Source of the DNA: Planctomycetota bacterium
GTDB taxonomy: Bacteria > Planctomycetota > B15-G4
Assembly (NCBI GenBank): GCA_036229545.1
Contig: JAZALG010000091.1
Location: 1-39,520, forward strand
DNA length: 39,520 nucleotides
Direction: 5' to 3'
Made by a program: the position numbers and the translations under genes
In this document: one piece after another, positions 7,929 to 17,481 of the stretch
Numbering within the stretch: position 1 is the first letter of the stretch
Layout of the letters: every line of letters begins with the position of its first letter
Notes under the pieces: model-generated
What the model saw: the letters and a program-made list of their open reading frames with translations, nothing else
What the model was told of the DNA's origin: nothing
Databases searched by the model: none

Positions 7929-8753
7929 TCAGGCGAGTGCCTCCTCGAAGAGCGGAACCTCCTTGAGTTTTCCAGACTGCCCGAAGAAACGGACCGGGTT
8001 GTCCCACACCAGACGCTGGACCTGCTCTTCTGGGAAGCCGCTTTGCATCAGGAGTACGCAGAGTTTTGGCACCGTGAGGGGGTCGGAGGGTCCCCAGTCG
8101 GCGGAACTATTGACGAGCATGCGGTCGGTTCCATACTCCTTCAGGATATTGACGGCACGTTCGGGAGAGAGTTTGGTGACCGGATAGATTGTGAACCCTG
8201 CCCAGTATCCGGCTTCCACGACAGCGTGGACGGTTTCTTCAGTGCAATGATCAATCTCAACGAAGTCTGGATTGATCCCCACGTCGCGGCAATTTTCGAT
8301 GAGGCGATGGGTCCCCTCGAGTTTGTTCACGTGTGGAGTGTGAACCAGCACGGGCAAATCGAGGGTCTTGGCCAATTGCAATTGCTCCAAGACAACCTCC
8401 TCTTCGACGTCGTCGATGCTGTCGTAACCGATTTCTCCCAGAGCAGGGCACATGGGGTGTTCAAGGTAACGGGGGAGCTCCGCCATGACGCGCTCCCGGA
8501 TCGCGGGGGTATGGGCTTCCTTCGGATTGAGCGCGAAGGTGCAGTGATACTGGATCCCAGCCTTTTCTGCCCGGGTGTGTTCGAAGCCCAGGAGGTGGTC
8601 AAAGTACTCAAGGCAGGTTTCGGGATGTTTCCGCTCGTGTCCGAGCCAGAACCCACCGGGTTCGAGGAGAGAACGAATGCCGGCGGCCGCCATCTCGGCA
8701 TAGTCCCGAGTGTTGCGGGAGTACATGTGAATGTGGGGTTCAAAGATCTTCAT
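7929..8753 (-). CDS. TatD-family / amidohydrolase-fold metal-dependent hydrolase
   Basis: N-terminal HxH (FEPHIHMYSR), later GEIGYD, LPVLVHTP, EIDHC and NSSADWG motifs, typical of TIM-barrel metal hydrolases of the TatD group. Confidence 0.7.
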   Translation of the reverse strand: MKIFEPHIHMYSRNTRDYAEMAAAGIRSLLEPGGFWLGHERKHPETCLEYFDHLLGFEHTRAEKAGIQYHCTFALNPKEAHTPAIRERVMAELPRYLEHPMCPALGEIGYDSIDDVEEEVVLEQLQLAKTLDLPVLVHTPHVNKLEGTHRLIENCRDVGINPDFVEIDHCTEETVHAVVEAGYWAGFTIYPVTKLSPERAVNILKEYGTDRMLVNSSADWGPSDPLTVPKLCVLLMQSGFPEEQVQRLVWDNPVRFFGQSGKLKEVPLFEEALA

Positions 8754-8778
8754 GGGTGCCTAGTCAGAGAAAAAGAAG

Positions 8779-8812
8779 GTCGACTCAATAGGCTTTCATT
8801 CTATCGGTCGAC
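8779..8812 (-). terminator. putative rho-independent terminator of queG (minus strand)
   Basis: On the minus strand, gtcgaccgatag / loop aatgaaagc / ctattg-a-gtcgac gives 12 bp with one G-U pair and one bulge, followed by cttctttttctct. The 5' arm is the last three codons plus the TAG of queG. Confidence 0.45.
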
Positions 8813-9757
8813 GGTTGCCCCGTCCCCTGCTGACCGATTGTCGAGGACAATGGAGAGGTTTCGGAGCAGGCCTGACTTTCGCGTGCGCTCGAGAGGTGTT
8901 GAGCCAAAATGACGCTTGAAGGCGGTCCTGGCCTGTTCCTGCAGAATTTCTGGAGTGATGTCGGACAGGTCAGGCCTCAATTCGAGGGGTGCGGGAGTTC
9001 CCTCTCGATTTATGGCAGAAGGTTGTGCCGGAAAAGGGCAAGCCGTCAAGCAGTCGTCACATCCGAACGCTCGGTGCTCCATGGCTTTGGCCCATGCATC
9101 GGGGATAGGGCCTCGGTGTTCAATCGTCCAGTAGGAGAGACAGCGGCGTGCGTCGAGTCCGCGCTGTCCGTCGAGGGCTTCCGTGGGGCAGGCCTCAATA
9201 CAGGCCGTGCAGGTACCGCAGCGATCGATTGCCGGTGCATCCGGTTCGATGATCGCATCGGTTAAAACCTCTCCGAGAAGTGTCCATGGGCCATATTCCT
9301 CGTCGAGGAGAAGGGTGTTTCGTCCAATCCACCCGAGGCCAGATCGTGCCGCGAAAGCGCGCTCGGAAAGGGGGGCACTGTCGACGCAGATACGTGTGGT
9401 GATCCCCGGCAAGAGGTCTTCCATTTTTTTAACGGCTCGGTCGAGTGCGGATCGCATCGTTCGGTGGTAATCCTCGGCGCAGGCGTATCCGGCGATGGCC
9501 TGATCTCCCTCGGTCCGCGGATAAGCAACGGCGACACAGATGACAGAAGCCGCCTTATCGAAGAGGGTCGCGGGATCGGACCGGTCGGCGGTGGCTCGCG
9601 CCATGTATTCCATGGATCCGTGGGCACCTTTTGAAATCCACGGAGAGATTCGGTCTTCCACGGGGTCTGCTGAAGTAAAGCCGACTTTGGCGAACCCCTC
9701 ATCGAGGAAGAGGGATCGGAGTGTATCGCGTGTTTGTCTCGTGATCTGTTTTGGCAT
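8801..9757 (-). CDS. queG: epoxyqueuosine reductase QueG
   Basis: GYACAEDYHRTM and two 4Fe-4S motifs (CGTCTACIEACP, FGCDDCLTACP). WTIEHRGPIP and a C-terminal HEAT-like tail are present. Overall length and order are typical of QueG. Confidence 0.85.
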   Translation of the reverse strand: MPKQITRQTRDTLRSLFLDEGFAKVGFTSADPVEDRISPWISKGAHGSMEYMARATADRSDPATLFDKAASVICVAVAYPRTEGDQAIAGYACAEDYHRTMRSALDRAVKKMEDLLPGITTRICVDSAPLSERAFAARSGLGWIGRNTLLLDEEYGPWTLLGEVLTDAIIEPDAPAIDRCGTCTACIEACPTEALDGQRGLDARRCLSYWTIEHRGPIPDAWAKAMEHRAFGCDDCLTACPFPAQPSAINREGTPAPLELRPDLSDITPEILQEQARTAFKRHFGSTPLERTRKSGLLRNLSIVLDNRSAGDGATVDR

Positions 9758-9798
9758 CGTTCATGCTCTGGAGAGAGACCTGTGTACCATGAGCAGCC

Positions 9799-11385
9799 AT
9801 GATTCGGTGCTTCGCTTTGCTTTCCGTGCTGATCGGGTTGTGTCTTCCATCCTGCGGCAAGAGGGTGGGCAACGAGGGTGACGCCCCATGGCCGATGCAC
9901 CTCTCCTCTCCGGGCGTGACGGGCACTTTGGTGTTGCCCCGAGCGGGAGATGGCCGGGTTCTCCTTGCAACCTGGGACCTCTTCCACTGGATTCCGGATG
10001 GTCTTGCCCCCTGGGGGCCAGCGGTTGTCATCATGCTCGATCCGAGCACCTATGACGGATCCTTTGCCGTCTGCTTTCCGGTGGATGAGGAGATCGATTT
10101 TGTCGCTTCTATTGAAGAGGTCCTCACCGCTGAGCGAATCGATGACTACAGAATCCGCCTTTCTACCAACCCTGAGAGTCATCTCTGGCGGGCCTGGCGG
10201 TTTCTTGGAGCTCTATCGAAAAGTCCGCCTGAAGCGATGGCAGCCATGGTCGCCATTGCCGGAAACAAAGGGCGTTCGGAATCCGTGACCTGTTATGTCG
10301 CCGTGCAGGATGGATGGGGAATGGTCGCTCCGGCGTTTGAGGCGCTTGGCGTTTGCCAAACTGCTTTGGAGCAGATGCCTGGAGTGTTGGCACTGCGAGA
10401 CGGGCCGGCCCCGGTTGGAGCACCCGCTGTCCTTACCCTGGATCTGGGACGACTTCGAAAGGTCCATCGAGAGCGATTCGCTATGGTTGAGGAGTGGGGT
10501 CGCTTTGTCGTGCAGGCCGGGGGGATGGCAAATCGCCAGGAAGAAAACTCTCTGGGTGATCGTGCCATGCGATGGGGTGCGGTGTCCTCGGCTCTTGAGA
10601 TGATCGGATGGAGAGATTGGAAAGGGTTGCAGTTGCTCATGCCGTGGAATACGCCGGCGGCTGGCCCGTCGCCTCCGCCAGGGACGGCTCTCGATGAAAG
10701 TGGATTCGCCCAGGCGGTCCTTGCTCCCTTGGAATCCTCGTCGTCTTTGCATTGGTCATTGGATAGTGGAGAGGGTTCCTCTCTTGAGCCTCTCCTTCAG
10801 AGTTTGGCCCCCCTCCCCCTCCGTCAGCAGCACAACCAACGCGCCCCTCTTCTGGAAGTGTCTTTCCGTCCTGAGTCACTCGGGATGCTTGCTGGATGGA
10901 TTCTGGAATTTGCGGACCTCTTCGTCGAGGAGGGGGATGACAAGTGGGGAGATGTCGGGGGGGAGCAACTTGCGGAGCATCTGAGTCCCTTTTCTGGTCT
11001 TCTGCTCGTCACCGGTGGTGAGGGCCCCTGTGTCTTTCTCCCGCTCAAACCGGAGAACAATGTGGATGTTGCAACTTTGATGGGCTTTATAAATCACGCA
11101 GAGGGGGGAGTGACCTTTACAGAAGATGGGGACGAGACCTGGGTGATCAGGCAGGGAGACGGTTCTGTGATTGCAAAGGCGGGGCTCTTGGAGGGTGTTT
11201 TTTGGATCTGCCCTGAGGAGAGTCAGGCCCCGTCCCGCTCCGTGTGTGCTGACGTGATGGACCAAGCGGCTTTTCCTCGTCCAGAGTCAGGGGCATCCTT
11301 GCGTCTCGACGGCGAAATCGTGGAGGCGAGTCTTGTTGTGGAAGGATCTGTTCTTCATGGCGACGTCGTCTGGGACACTGAATAA
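9799..11385 (+). CDS. hypothetical lipoprotein, 528 aa, no recognisable domain
   Basis: MIRCFALLSVLIGLCLPSCGK is a signal peptide with lipobox LPSC. The rest has no motif I can name. Confidence 0.6.
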   Translation: MIRCFALLSVLIGLCLPSCGKRVGNEGDAPWPMHLSSPGVTGTLVLPRAGDGRVLLATWDLFHWIPDGLAPWGPAVVIMLDPSTYDGSFAVCFPVDEEIDFVASIEEVLTAERIDDYRIRLSTNPESHLWRAWRFLGALSKSPPEAMAAMVAIAGNKGRSESVTCYVAVQDGWGMVAPAFEALGVCQTALEQMPGVLALRDGPAPVGAPAVLTLDLGRLRKVHRERFAMVEEWGRFVVQAGGMANRQEENSLGDRAMRWGAVSSALEMIGWRDWKGLQLLMPWNTPAAGPSPPPGTALDESGFAQAVLAPLESSSSLHWSLDSGEGSSLEPLLQSLAPLPLRQQHNQRAPLLEVSFRPESLGMLAGWILEFADLFVEEGDDKWGDVGGEQLAEHLSPFSGLLLVTGGEGPCVFLPLKPENNVDVATLMGFINHAEGGVTFTEDGDETWVIRQGDGSVIAKAGLLEGVFWICPEESQAPSRSVCADVMDQAAFPRPESGASLRLDGEIVEASLVVEGSVLHGDVVWDTE

Positions 11386-11403
11386 GAGTCATCCCCCACG
11401 AGC

Positions 11404-12111
11404 ATGGCCTTGCGCATCTCACTCTTTATTCTTTCGCTTCTCTTTGGTCTTGGAGCGTTTGTTTTGCACGGGCGAGATGTGGTTTATCGTCCCGCTTTTT
11501 TTCAGAAGTGGGAGGTCGACCATCCCGATGTTCGCTATCCCACGGAGTGGCAGCGTGTTCACTTTGAGAATACGGAGGGAGGGCATCGGCGTAACGATTG
11601 GATGCTGATGGCTGGGGCTCTGGCTGTGGGCTGTCTGTTGGTTGCTTTCCGCCCCAACATCGCAAGTCAGATTGGAATCCCGGCAGCGGTTCTTTGCTGT
11701 GGAGGCATCGCTCTTGGACTGGGACTCGGAGCCAAAGCCGGGGGAAATCTCTTTGGACATATCGGGACGGCGAAGTGGAATGTCCGGGATGACGCATTGG
11801 TAACTGCTGTTGGACCTTTGGCGCCAATCGTGCGGGACTTACGGGATCGGATCCCTGAAGATCACGCTGTTTTACTCGTCGGCTTAGAAGATTCTGCGCT
11901 TACTGCCACCTCCTGGACTCTTTACCCCCGGCCGATCTATGCCATCACCCGTGGGATTCCCGGGTACATGCAGTTAGGCGAAGTCGCCGCGGAGTTGTCC
12001 AAGGGACCCGTGGGATCCCAGCACCCGGGCCGATGGGTAATTGACCTCGCAGCCATGTCCGCTGGAGGAGAGGAGAGGGGGCTTCCGATTCTCCTTCCCA
12101 TCGACCCATGA
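11404..12111 (+). CDS. hypothetical membrane protein (235 aa)
   Basis: N-terminal TM (ISLFILSLLFGLGAFVL) plus 2-3 further hydrophobic helices. The soluble C-terminal segment LRDRIPEDHAVLLVG... resembles the C-terminal domain of the GT39-like protein at 14704-16470. The stop overlaps the next start (ATGA). Confidence 0.55.
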   Translation: MALRISLFILSLLFGLGAFVLHGRDVVYRPAFFQKWEVDHPDVRYPTEWQRVHFENTEGGHRRNDWMLMAGALAVGCLLVAFRPNIASQIGIPAAVLCCGGIALGLGLGAKAGGNLFGHIGTAKWNVRDDALVTAVGPLAPIVRDLRDRIPEDHAVLLVGLEDSALTATSWTLYPRPIYAITRGIPGYMQLGEVAAELSKGPVGSQHPGRWVIDLAAMSAGGEERGLPILLPIDP

Positions 12112-13445
12112 GTCTGCTCACAGGGATTGCTGCTGTTGCTCTTCTAGCTCTGGCGGGCTGGTGGCCGTCTGTCCGGCTTGTTCCTGTGATGGCGGTGGGA
12201 CCCTGGTGGGCGCGGTTTTCCATCGCTCTGTGCCTGGGAGCGGCAATCGTTGGACTGGTACAGATCGCTCTCTCAGCCTGCGGCATGCCACTGGGTTTTA
12301 CTGCACCCTTGATCCTTGCCGCGATTTCGGTTGTCCTTTGCCGTGTTGCCCCTGCGACGGAGACTCTAGAGCAAAGCGCGGTGCCCGCCATGCCACGCTT
12401 GTTAGCTTGCGGACTGCTCACGGTAGCCCTGCTCGGTTCGTTGGAGGCTGTCGGAAGCCCCTTCCGCTCTGACGCGATGAGGTTCTGGATGCCTAAATCT
12501 CGCGCACTTGCCACGTCGGGTGTCACGGAATCGCCCCTGTTTATGGAGGCTGGTCGGCTGTCCTTTCATCGTGACTACCCCCTGCTGGTGCCCTCCCTCC
12601 TCGCTCCTGTCTTTGGAGTGACGGCCTTGGATGCCGCGGCGGGACCCAAGATGGTCCTCCACTCTCTGCAGTTGGCCCTCCTGGGACTCGCGGCTTTTCT
12701 CCTTTGTAGAGCCGGGTCTCGGGGAAGGTGGCTTCTCGCTTTGCTGGTTGCGACTCCCATGTTTCTCCGACTTGAGCAGCGAGAGTCGATGACAACAACG
12801 GGTTTCGTGGAGGCGGTTCCGGCGCTTTTTCTTTTACTGCTTGTGGCTGGAGTGGATCGCCTTCGAAAAGGTGAAGGGAATGGGGCTGACTTGATCGTGG
12901 CCATCCTTGCCGCGGGAGCTTTGGGGGCAGCAAAACTCGAAGGGCAGGTCGCTGTGCTTCTTGTGCTCGGGACTTGGCTTTTGGTGGGGCCACAGGGTCG
13001 ACCTGCGGCGTTTCGGGTGGGAGTAGGAGCCCTGTTCCTTCTGGGACCGACCTTATGGATCCAAGGACAGGTGGCTTCGGAAGTCCCCGCTTTTAGGCCA
13101 GGGGATCTCCTTGATGTTGAACACCTCGTGACAAGGGGAATTCCTGTTGCCGCAGGACTTTTTGAACGCTTCTTGGACGGCTCAGCCCTTGGGCTCTTAC
13201 CCCTTCTTCTCGTGGGGTGGGCGATCGCCGATGCAAAGCGAGAGGGCATGCGACAGCACGCCTTTTCCCTTGTACTTGTCCTGGGGGTCGCAGCGTTTCT
13301 GATGTCGGTTTATCTCGCGACCACCATGCATCCGGGTCGGCATATTCACACCAGTGCTCATCGGTTGATTTTTCAGTGGCTACCTGCCTTTGCTTTTCTC
13401 ATCGCGCAGGCGGGGCCGTCTGACACCAAGGAACGGAAAGCCTGA
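12108..13445 (+). CDS. polytopic integral membrane protein, possibly GT-C-type glycosyltransferase/polymerase
   Basis: At least 10 hydrophobic helices, with a loop containing FHRDYPLLVPSL. No diagnostic motif, so the function is a guess from topology and neighbourhood. Confidence 0.55.
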   Translation: MSLLTGIAAVALLALAGWWPSVRLVPVMAVGPWWARFSIALCLGAAIVGLVQIALSACGMPLGFTAPLILAAISVVLCRVAPATETLEQSAVPAMPRLLACGLLTVALLGSLEAVGSPFRSDAMRFWMPKSRALATSGVTESPLFMEAGRLSFHRDYPLLVPSLLAPVFGVTALDAAAGPKMVLHSLQLALLGLAAFLLCRAGSRGRWLLALLVATPMFLRLEQRESMTTTGFVEAVPALFLLLLVAGVDRLRKGEGNGADLIVAILAAGALGAAKLEGQVAVLLVLGTWLLVGPQGRPAAFRVGVGALFLLGPTLWIQGQVASEVPAFRPGDLLDVEHLVTRGIPVAAGLFERFLDGSALGLLPLLLVGWAIADAKREGMRQHAFSLVLVLGVAAFLMSVYLATTMHPGRHIHTSAHRLIFQWLPAFAFLIAQAGPSDTKERKA

Positions 13446-13447
13446 TA

Positions 13448-13879
13448 GTGGAGCCAAAGGGACTTTCTGTCGAAAACGGGGTGGTGATCCCTGAGGCGGA
13501 ACTTCGCGAATCGAGCAGTCGTTCGGGGGGCCCAGGGGGGCAGCACGTCAACAAGGTCTCCACCCGGATCACTCTTCGCTGGGCTCCCAAGATTTCGAGC
13601 GCGCTCTCGGAGGTTCAGATCTCACGTCTTGTTGAGGTTCTGGGCTCTCGTCTTTCGAAACAGGGTGAAATAGTGATTCATGTCGATGGCTCCCGGAGCC
13701 AATCCCAAAATCGCCAAGTGGCACGTGAACGTCTCGTGGAGATCGTTCGTGAAGGGATCAAAGCCCCCACTCAGAGAAAGAAGACTCGTCCCACAAAGGC
13801 GAGTCGACTGCGGCGGCTAGACGCCAAGCAGCGCCGGTCCGACATCAAGAAAGCCAGGCGTCCCCCAAGCGAAGAGTGA
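13448..13879 (+). CDS. arfB: alternative ribosome-rescue factor ArfB (peptidyl-tRNA hydrolase, YaeJ family)
   Basis: SGGPGGQHVNKVST GGQ motif in a ~140-aa protein with a Lys/Arg-rich C-terminal tail (QRKKTRPTKASRLRRLDAKQRRSDIKKARR). GTG start lies 2 nt after the preceding stop. Confidence 0.85.
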   Translation: MEPKGLSVENGVVIPEAELRESSSRSGGPGGQHVNKVSTRITLRWAPKISSALSEVQISRLVEVLGSRLSKQGEIVIHVDGSRSQSQNRQVARERLVEIVREGIKAPTQRKKTRPTKASRLRRLDAKQRRSDIKKARRPPSEE

Positions 13880-13887
13880 AGGGTTCT

Positions 13888-14691
13888 TCAGGATCTCTGT
13901 GGCAGGGGGAGAGTGACCAGATAGACCAGCAAGGCGCTGATGGTGCACAGGATGAGAGAGAGGCACAGGCCCTGAAGAGCGATGGCGGCGACGGATAGAG
14001 CGGCTGCTTCGGCACTCAGGGTGGAGGTTTCTGTCCCGAGAGCGAAAAGATTGGCACCGAAGACGAGCAGGACGAGAAGTAAGAATCCGGGGAAGCTTCC
14101 CTTGAGATCGGCAGGGCTCGGAGCGAGATGTGCTCCCACGCAAAGGCAGAGGTAGAGGAAGATCCATGTGCGTTCCGAAGCCAGAACCTCTGGCCGAGTG
14201 AGCATCCTGGCGAGATGCTCAAACTGATCCCCCAGAGAGGCCACAATGGTTCCCAAATCGGCGCCGGGAAGCAGTGCGGGGTGGATCGCTTCTGGCGGAC
14301 CCAATGACTTGGCCGCGAGCCAAAGAACAGCAGACCCTCCCGCAAGGGGAGCGAGGCCGATAAAAAAACGGCCGGCTTGTTGGTAGAGGTTGCGCTTGTT
14401 CCATGCGTGGCTTACCGAACCGAGTTTTCCCGTTGTTCGGTCTGGGGAAAACAGGCTTAATTTTTCAATCCGGTGTCCAAAGATTTTGCAGGCAATGGCA
14501 TGACTTAACTCGTGGACAGGAACGCCGAGCCATGCTGTGGCGAGTAATCCTTTCCAGCCCAGGCGTGAGAAGATCCTGTTCGTGAGGATTCGATCGACCT
14601 GATGCAGCGCGACGGACAAAGCGGCGATGGGCCCAAGAATGACAGCGATCTGCCTTCCGGTCTGCATCAGGGCTTCAACAGCGAGATCCAT
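13888..14691 (-). CDS. membrane-embedded putative zinc metalloprotease (HExxH)
   Basis: VPVHELSHAIACKIFGH lies next to hydrophobic helices, like M50/site-2-protease-type motifs. About 6 TM segments. It sits 12 nt downstream of the GT39-like gene on the same strand. Confidence 0.55.
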   Translation of the reverse strand: MDLAVEALMQTGRQIAVILGPIAALSVALHQVDRILTNRIFSRLGWKGLLATAWLGVPVHELSHAIACKIFGHRIEKLSLFSPDRTTGKLGSVSHAWNKRNLYQQAGRFFIGLAPLAGGSAVLWLAAKSLGPPEAIHPALLPGADLGTIVASLGDQFEHLARMLTRPEVLASERTWIFLYLCLCVGAHLAPSPADLKGSFPGFLLLVLLVFGANLFALGTETSTLSAEAAALSVAAIALQGLCLSLILCTISALLVYLVTLPLPQRS

Positions 14692-14703
14692 GACTTTCCG
14701 CGT

Positions 14704-16470
14704 TCAGGGGATGCGCCATACGGTTGGAACGACTTCACGGGTGCCATCCCAGACAGGGTCGAGACGCCGGACCGGAATCCACCCTAAATCTTTGGCGACG
14801 GTTTCTATGACCTTGAGGGCTTCAAGGATTTCTCCCGTGTAATAGACAAAGGTGGCCTTTCCAGGATGCACTTCAGGGGGCGAGAGGCGGTACACCAGCG
14901 GAATGCATCGCCGGTTGGTAAGGATGCTCATCATCTTGGGAACATCCGTCATGATCACGGCCTCATCTTTTGTGGTTTCGCGGATAAAGCGCGCGACGTC
15001 CGCGTGGATGGGGTGAAGATCGATGTGGGGCCACTCGTCTTCAAGAGAGCGCTCTGCCCGAACAGTTTCGTTGGCCGCGACATCTTTGGGCCACAGAACG
15101 AGTCGATGGTGGCCTAGGGGCAGAGCGAAAAGAAGGGGGATGAGAAGCGGTGCCGCGGGTGGGATCTCGGGGAGGATCCCTTTTCGTAGCATTCGCCAAA
15201 GGCCGAGCAGCAATGCCAATCCAACACCCAGGAGGCCGGCGTAGGCGCTTGACCACCGCTCCAGAATGACGGGGTGGTCAGACGTCTGTATCGCGAGCAG
15301 GGAAAGAACCACCGCCCCGGCGAAGAGGATCCCTCTTCGTCCTATGGATTGGGACGAAGCTGAGCGGGCAAGAGACCAGACAAGCGACACGCCTTCTCCG
15401 GCTGCCAGGAGGAGGAAGGGAAGGAGAGGGGCATAGAATCTCTCTTGCTGATTAAATGGCCAGAGTAAATAGAGGGCGAGGCTGGCGGTCACGTAGGCGG
15501 CAACTTCACGACGCTGAATCCTGTCTGTCTGAGCAAGGGCCATTCGGCAAAGTCCCGTGAGGACGAGAACAAGGAGCAGCGCTCCCACCGGCAGGCGGTG
15601 AGCTGCGCGATCGACGTTCGTCAATAGACTCGCAGAGGCTCGGGCGAGGACGTCTAGGTTTCCCAGGACCCGCTGTTGAAGAGAGTTGCTGTCGAGAGGT
15701 GGATTGTCGAGCCGAATGATCTTTGTGAGATCTCGGGGCTCCGCTGCGAGGAGTTCACTCCCGTAGCCCGAAGATCCCCCAAGGTCCTCGGAAATTTTTG
15801 CCGCCCGAAGTTCCCATACACCGAGTGTGGCAAGGCCGACTACGATCAGAAGAATTGCGCGAAGTCGAAGGACGCGACCCTCCGACGGTTCTTTTTTGCG
15901 GAGAAGGGCAAGAGCGGGAATGACGAGAAGTGTGATGCCTGCTAATCGTGTTGCGATGGCGGCAATCAGTAGAACAGCGGCCCCGAAGACCGTCGCCGGG
16001 CCGCCCCCCTTTGGTTCAAGTGCACGGCGAAAAGCAAGGAGTGTCCCCGTCGTCAGAGCAAGGAAGAGGGCTTCAGATCGGAGGTAGTGGATGGAAAGTT
16101 CAAAAAAAGTCTGTGACAGGGCTGTCGCGGCGCCGATCGCAAGGGCTCCCGTCGGCGAGACTCCCATGCGCAATGCGACGAGGACGGAAAGGCCCGCACC
16201 CACCAGCAAGAGGATGACGAGAGTTCCGTGAAAGACGCCGTAGGCCTCCCCGCCAAACGCACCCATCAAGAGGGAGAGAAGAAGGGGGAAGCCAGGGGGG
16301 TATTTGCCGTGGGGTTGGCCGCCGAGTTCGTAGGTGCCCTCGAAGGCGATGGATTGGCCCAGGGAAATGTAGGCAGCGGCATCGGGGTCAATGGCCCAAA
16401 CAGGGCGTATGGCACTGAGGAGAAGACCCGCGATACAGATGCCAGCGGTGATGATGAAAGTCCTGAACAT
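14704..16470 (-). CDS. ArnT/PMT-like glycosyltransferase family 39 (GT-C) membrane protein
   Basis: First-loop acidic motif IDPDAAAYISLGQSIA followed by KYPPGFPLLL. At least 11 TM helices and a ~130-aa soluble C-terminal domain, the typical layout of dolichyl/undecaprenyl-phosphate-sugar-dependent GT-C enzymes. Confidence 0.7.
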   Translation of the reverse strand: MFRTFIITAGICIAGLLLSAIRPVWAIDPDAAAYISLGQSIAFEGTYELGGQPHGKYPPGFPLLLSLLMGAFGGEAYGVFHGTLVILLLVGAGLSVLVALRMGVSPTGALAIGAATALSQTFFELSIHYLRSEALFLALTTGTLLAFRRALEPKGGGPATVFGAAVLLIAAIATRLAGITLLVIPALALLRKKEPSEGRVLRLRAILLIVVGLATLGVWELRAAKISEDLGGSSGYGSELLAAEPRDLTKIIRLDNPPLDSNSLQQRVLGNLDVLARASASLLTNVDRAAHRLPVGALLLVLVLTGLCRMALAQTDRIQRREVAAYVTASLALYLLWPFNQQERFYAPLLPFLLLAAGEGVSLVWSLARSASSQSIGRRGILFAGAVVLSLLAIQTSDHPVILERWSSAYAGLLGVGLALLLGLWRMLRKGILPEIPPAAPLLIPLLFALPLGHHRLVLWPKDVAANETVRAERSLEDEWPHIDLHPIHADVARFIRETTKDEAVIMTDVPKMMSILTNRRCIPLVYRLSPPEVHPGKATFVYYTGEILEALKVIETVAKDLGWIPVRRLDPVWDGTREVVPTVWRIP

Positions 16471-16668
16471 GGTCAGAAACTGCCATCCACGGCACGAAAG
16501 GCCAAATTCTCTCGGTTTTTTCTCTGTGGAAGGGCGTGAGGTGTCATTTTCGTCACCTTTCAGGGGTCAAGAGATAAGAGATAGGAGTTACTGAGTCGGC
16601 GTTTCGTTCAAGTTCCTTCCCTTCGTGTCAACGTCGGGGCGAGCGTCGCACCATGGAGAGAGCGACCC

Positions 16669-17481
16669 TTGCGCAAGTCTCAAGCGATCCGCCGAGAGGT
16701 ATCCCCGGCAAGTGGGGTTGCCCCAAAAGGGGCAGGCCGCCGGCGGACATCTCGTAGCCGAGGGGAAGAGGTCTCTCAAGGAGTTTTACAAAAGGCCCAG
16801 CAGGTCGCCCAAGAGACCGGGCACGTTCTGTTGACTGAGGTTTGCAAGGGGCCCACCCCGCCAGAACTTCAGCCCCTGAACAACGCTCTGATGGATGCCT
16901 ACAGAGAGCATCGAAGCGTGGACGCCTTCAGCCTTCTGTTTGAACTCAACTCCCGCCCCCTCTCCGCAATCGCGGCCTACCGAATGCGCCAATCCGGTTG
17001 CCGGGCGGACATCCATGACGTCTTGCAAGAGACCTTCCTGGCGATCTATCGGTACCCCACACGCTTTTGTCCAGACAAGCCGAACGCCTTCCGCAACTGG
17101 TCTTACTCCATTCTGCGCAACACCATCTACCGGCAGGGACGGGCGCGCATGAAAAATGGGATTCCTGTGGAGGTGATCGAGGACACGCTTGTCGATGAGA
17201 TGGCGGAGTCACCCTACGGTGCGACGGAAGACGCAGAGTCACTCACTCGCTGCCATCGAATCTACGGGGTGTTCTTGGCGGTGTATGTGGAGGTTTACGC
17301 GCAGGACTTAACACCAAGAGACCAACTCGCACTTGATCTCGTCGAAGTTCGGCACCTGCCCTATCGGGAGGCAGCGTCGATCGTTGGGGTCCGGCTGGAG
17401 AACTTCAAGATGATCGTGTGCCGGGCTCGCAAGAAAATCCTCCAAGGCATGATGCGCACTTTGGGGTCTCAGCCATCATGA
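16669..17481 (+). CDS. ECF-type sigma-70 family RNA polymerase sigma factor
   Basis: Region 2: DAFSLLFE...DVLQETFLAIYR...FRNWSYSILRNT. Region 4: LTPRDQLALDLVEVRHLPYREAASIVGVRLENFKMIVCRARKKI. ATG 16669 gives an Arg-rich 55-aa extension; in-frame TTG 16831 would give a more typical 216-aa protein. Confidence 0.8.
   Translation: MRKSQAIRREVSPASGVAPKGAGRRRTSRSRGEEVSQGVLQKAQQVAQETGHVLLTEVCKGPTPPELQPLNNALMDAYREHRSVDAFSLLFELNSRPLSAIAAYRMRQSGCRADIHDVLQETFLAIYRYPTRFCPDKPNAFRNWSYSILRNTIYRQGRARMKNGIPVEVIEDTLVDEMAESPYGATEDAESLTRCHRIYGVFLAVYVEVYAQDLTPRDQLALDLVEVRHLPYREAASIVGVRLENFKMIVCRARKKILQGMMRTLGSQPS

Noticed and set aside
7923-8912. 329-aa plus-strand ORF antisense to the tatD-family gene. Similar long antisense ORFs occur at 29927-30820 (over kdsA), 19348-20121 (over pcrA), 9262-10182 (over queG and the lipoprotein start), 12575-13249 and 26962-27756
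   Set aside because: Each overlaps a confidently recognised gene on the other strand, and the translations are low-complexity with no recognisable motifs. I treat them as GC-driven shadow ORFs.
14356-14363. GCCGATAA, identical to the sigma-28 -10 consensus
   Set aside because: It lies inside the coding region of the HExxH membrane-protein gene. It has no TAAA about 15 nt upstream and points at no gene start. A chance occurrence is the simplest reading.
16571-16584. Tandem heptamer gagataa-gagatag upstream of the ECF sigma gene
   Set aside because: There are only two imperfect copies, and I could not find an AAC...CGT ECF-type promoter aligned with it. It is probably chance.
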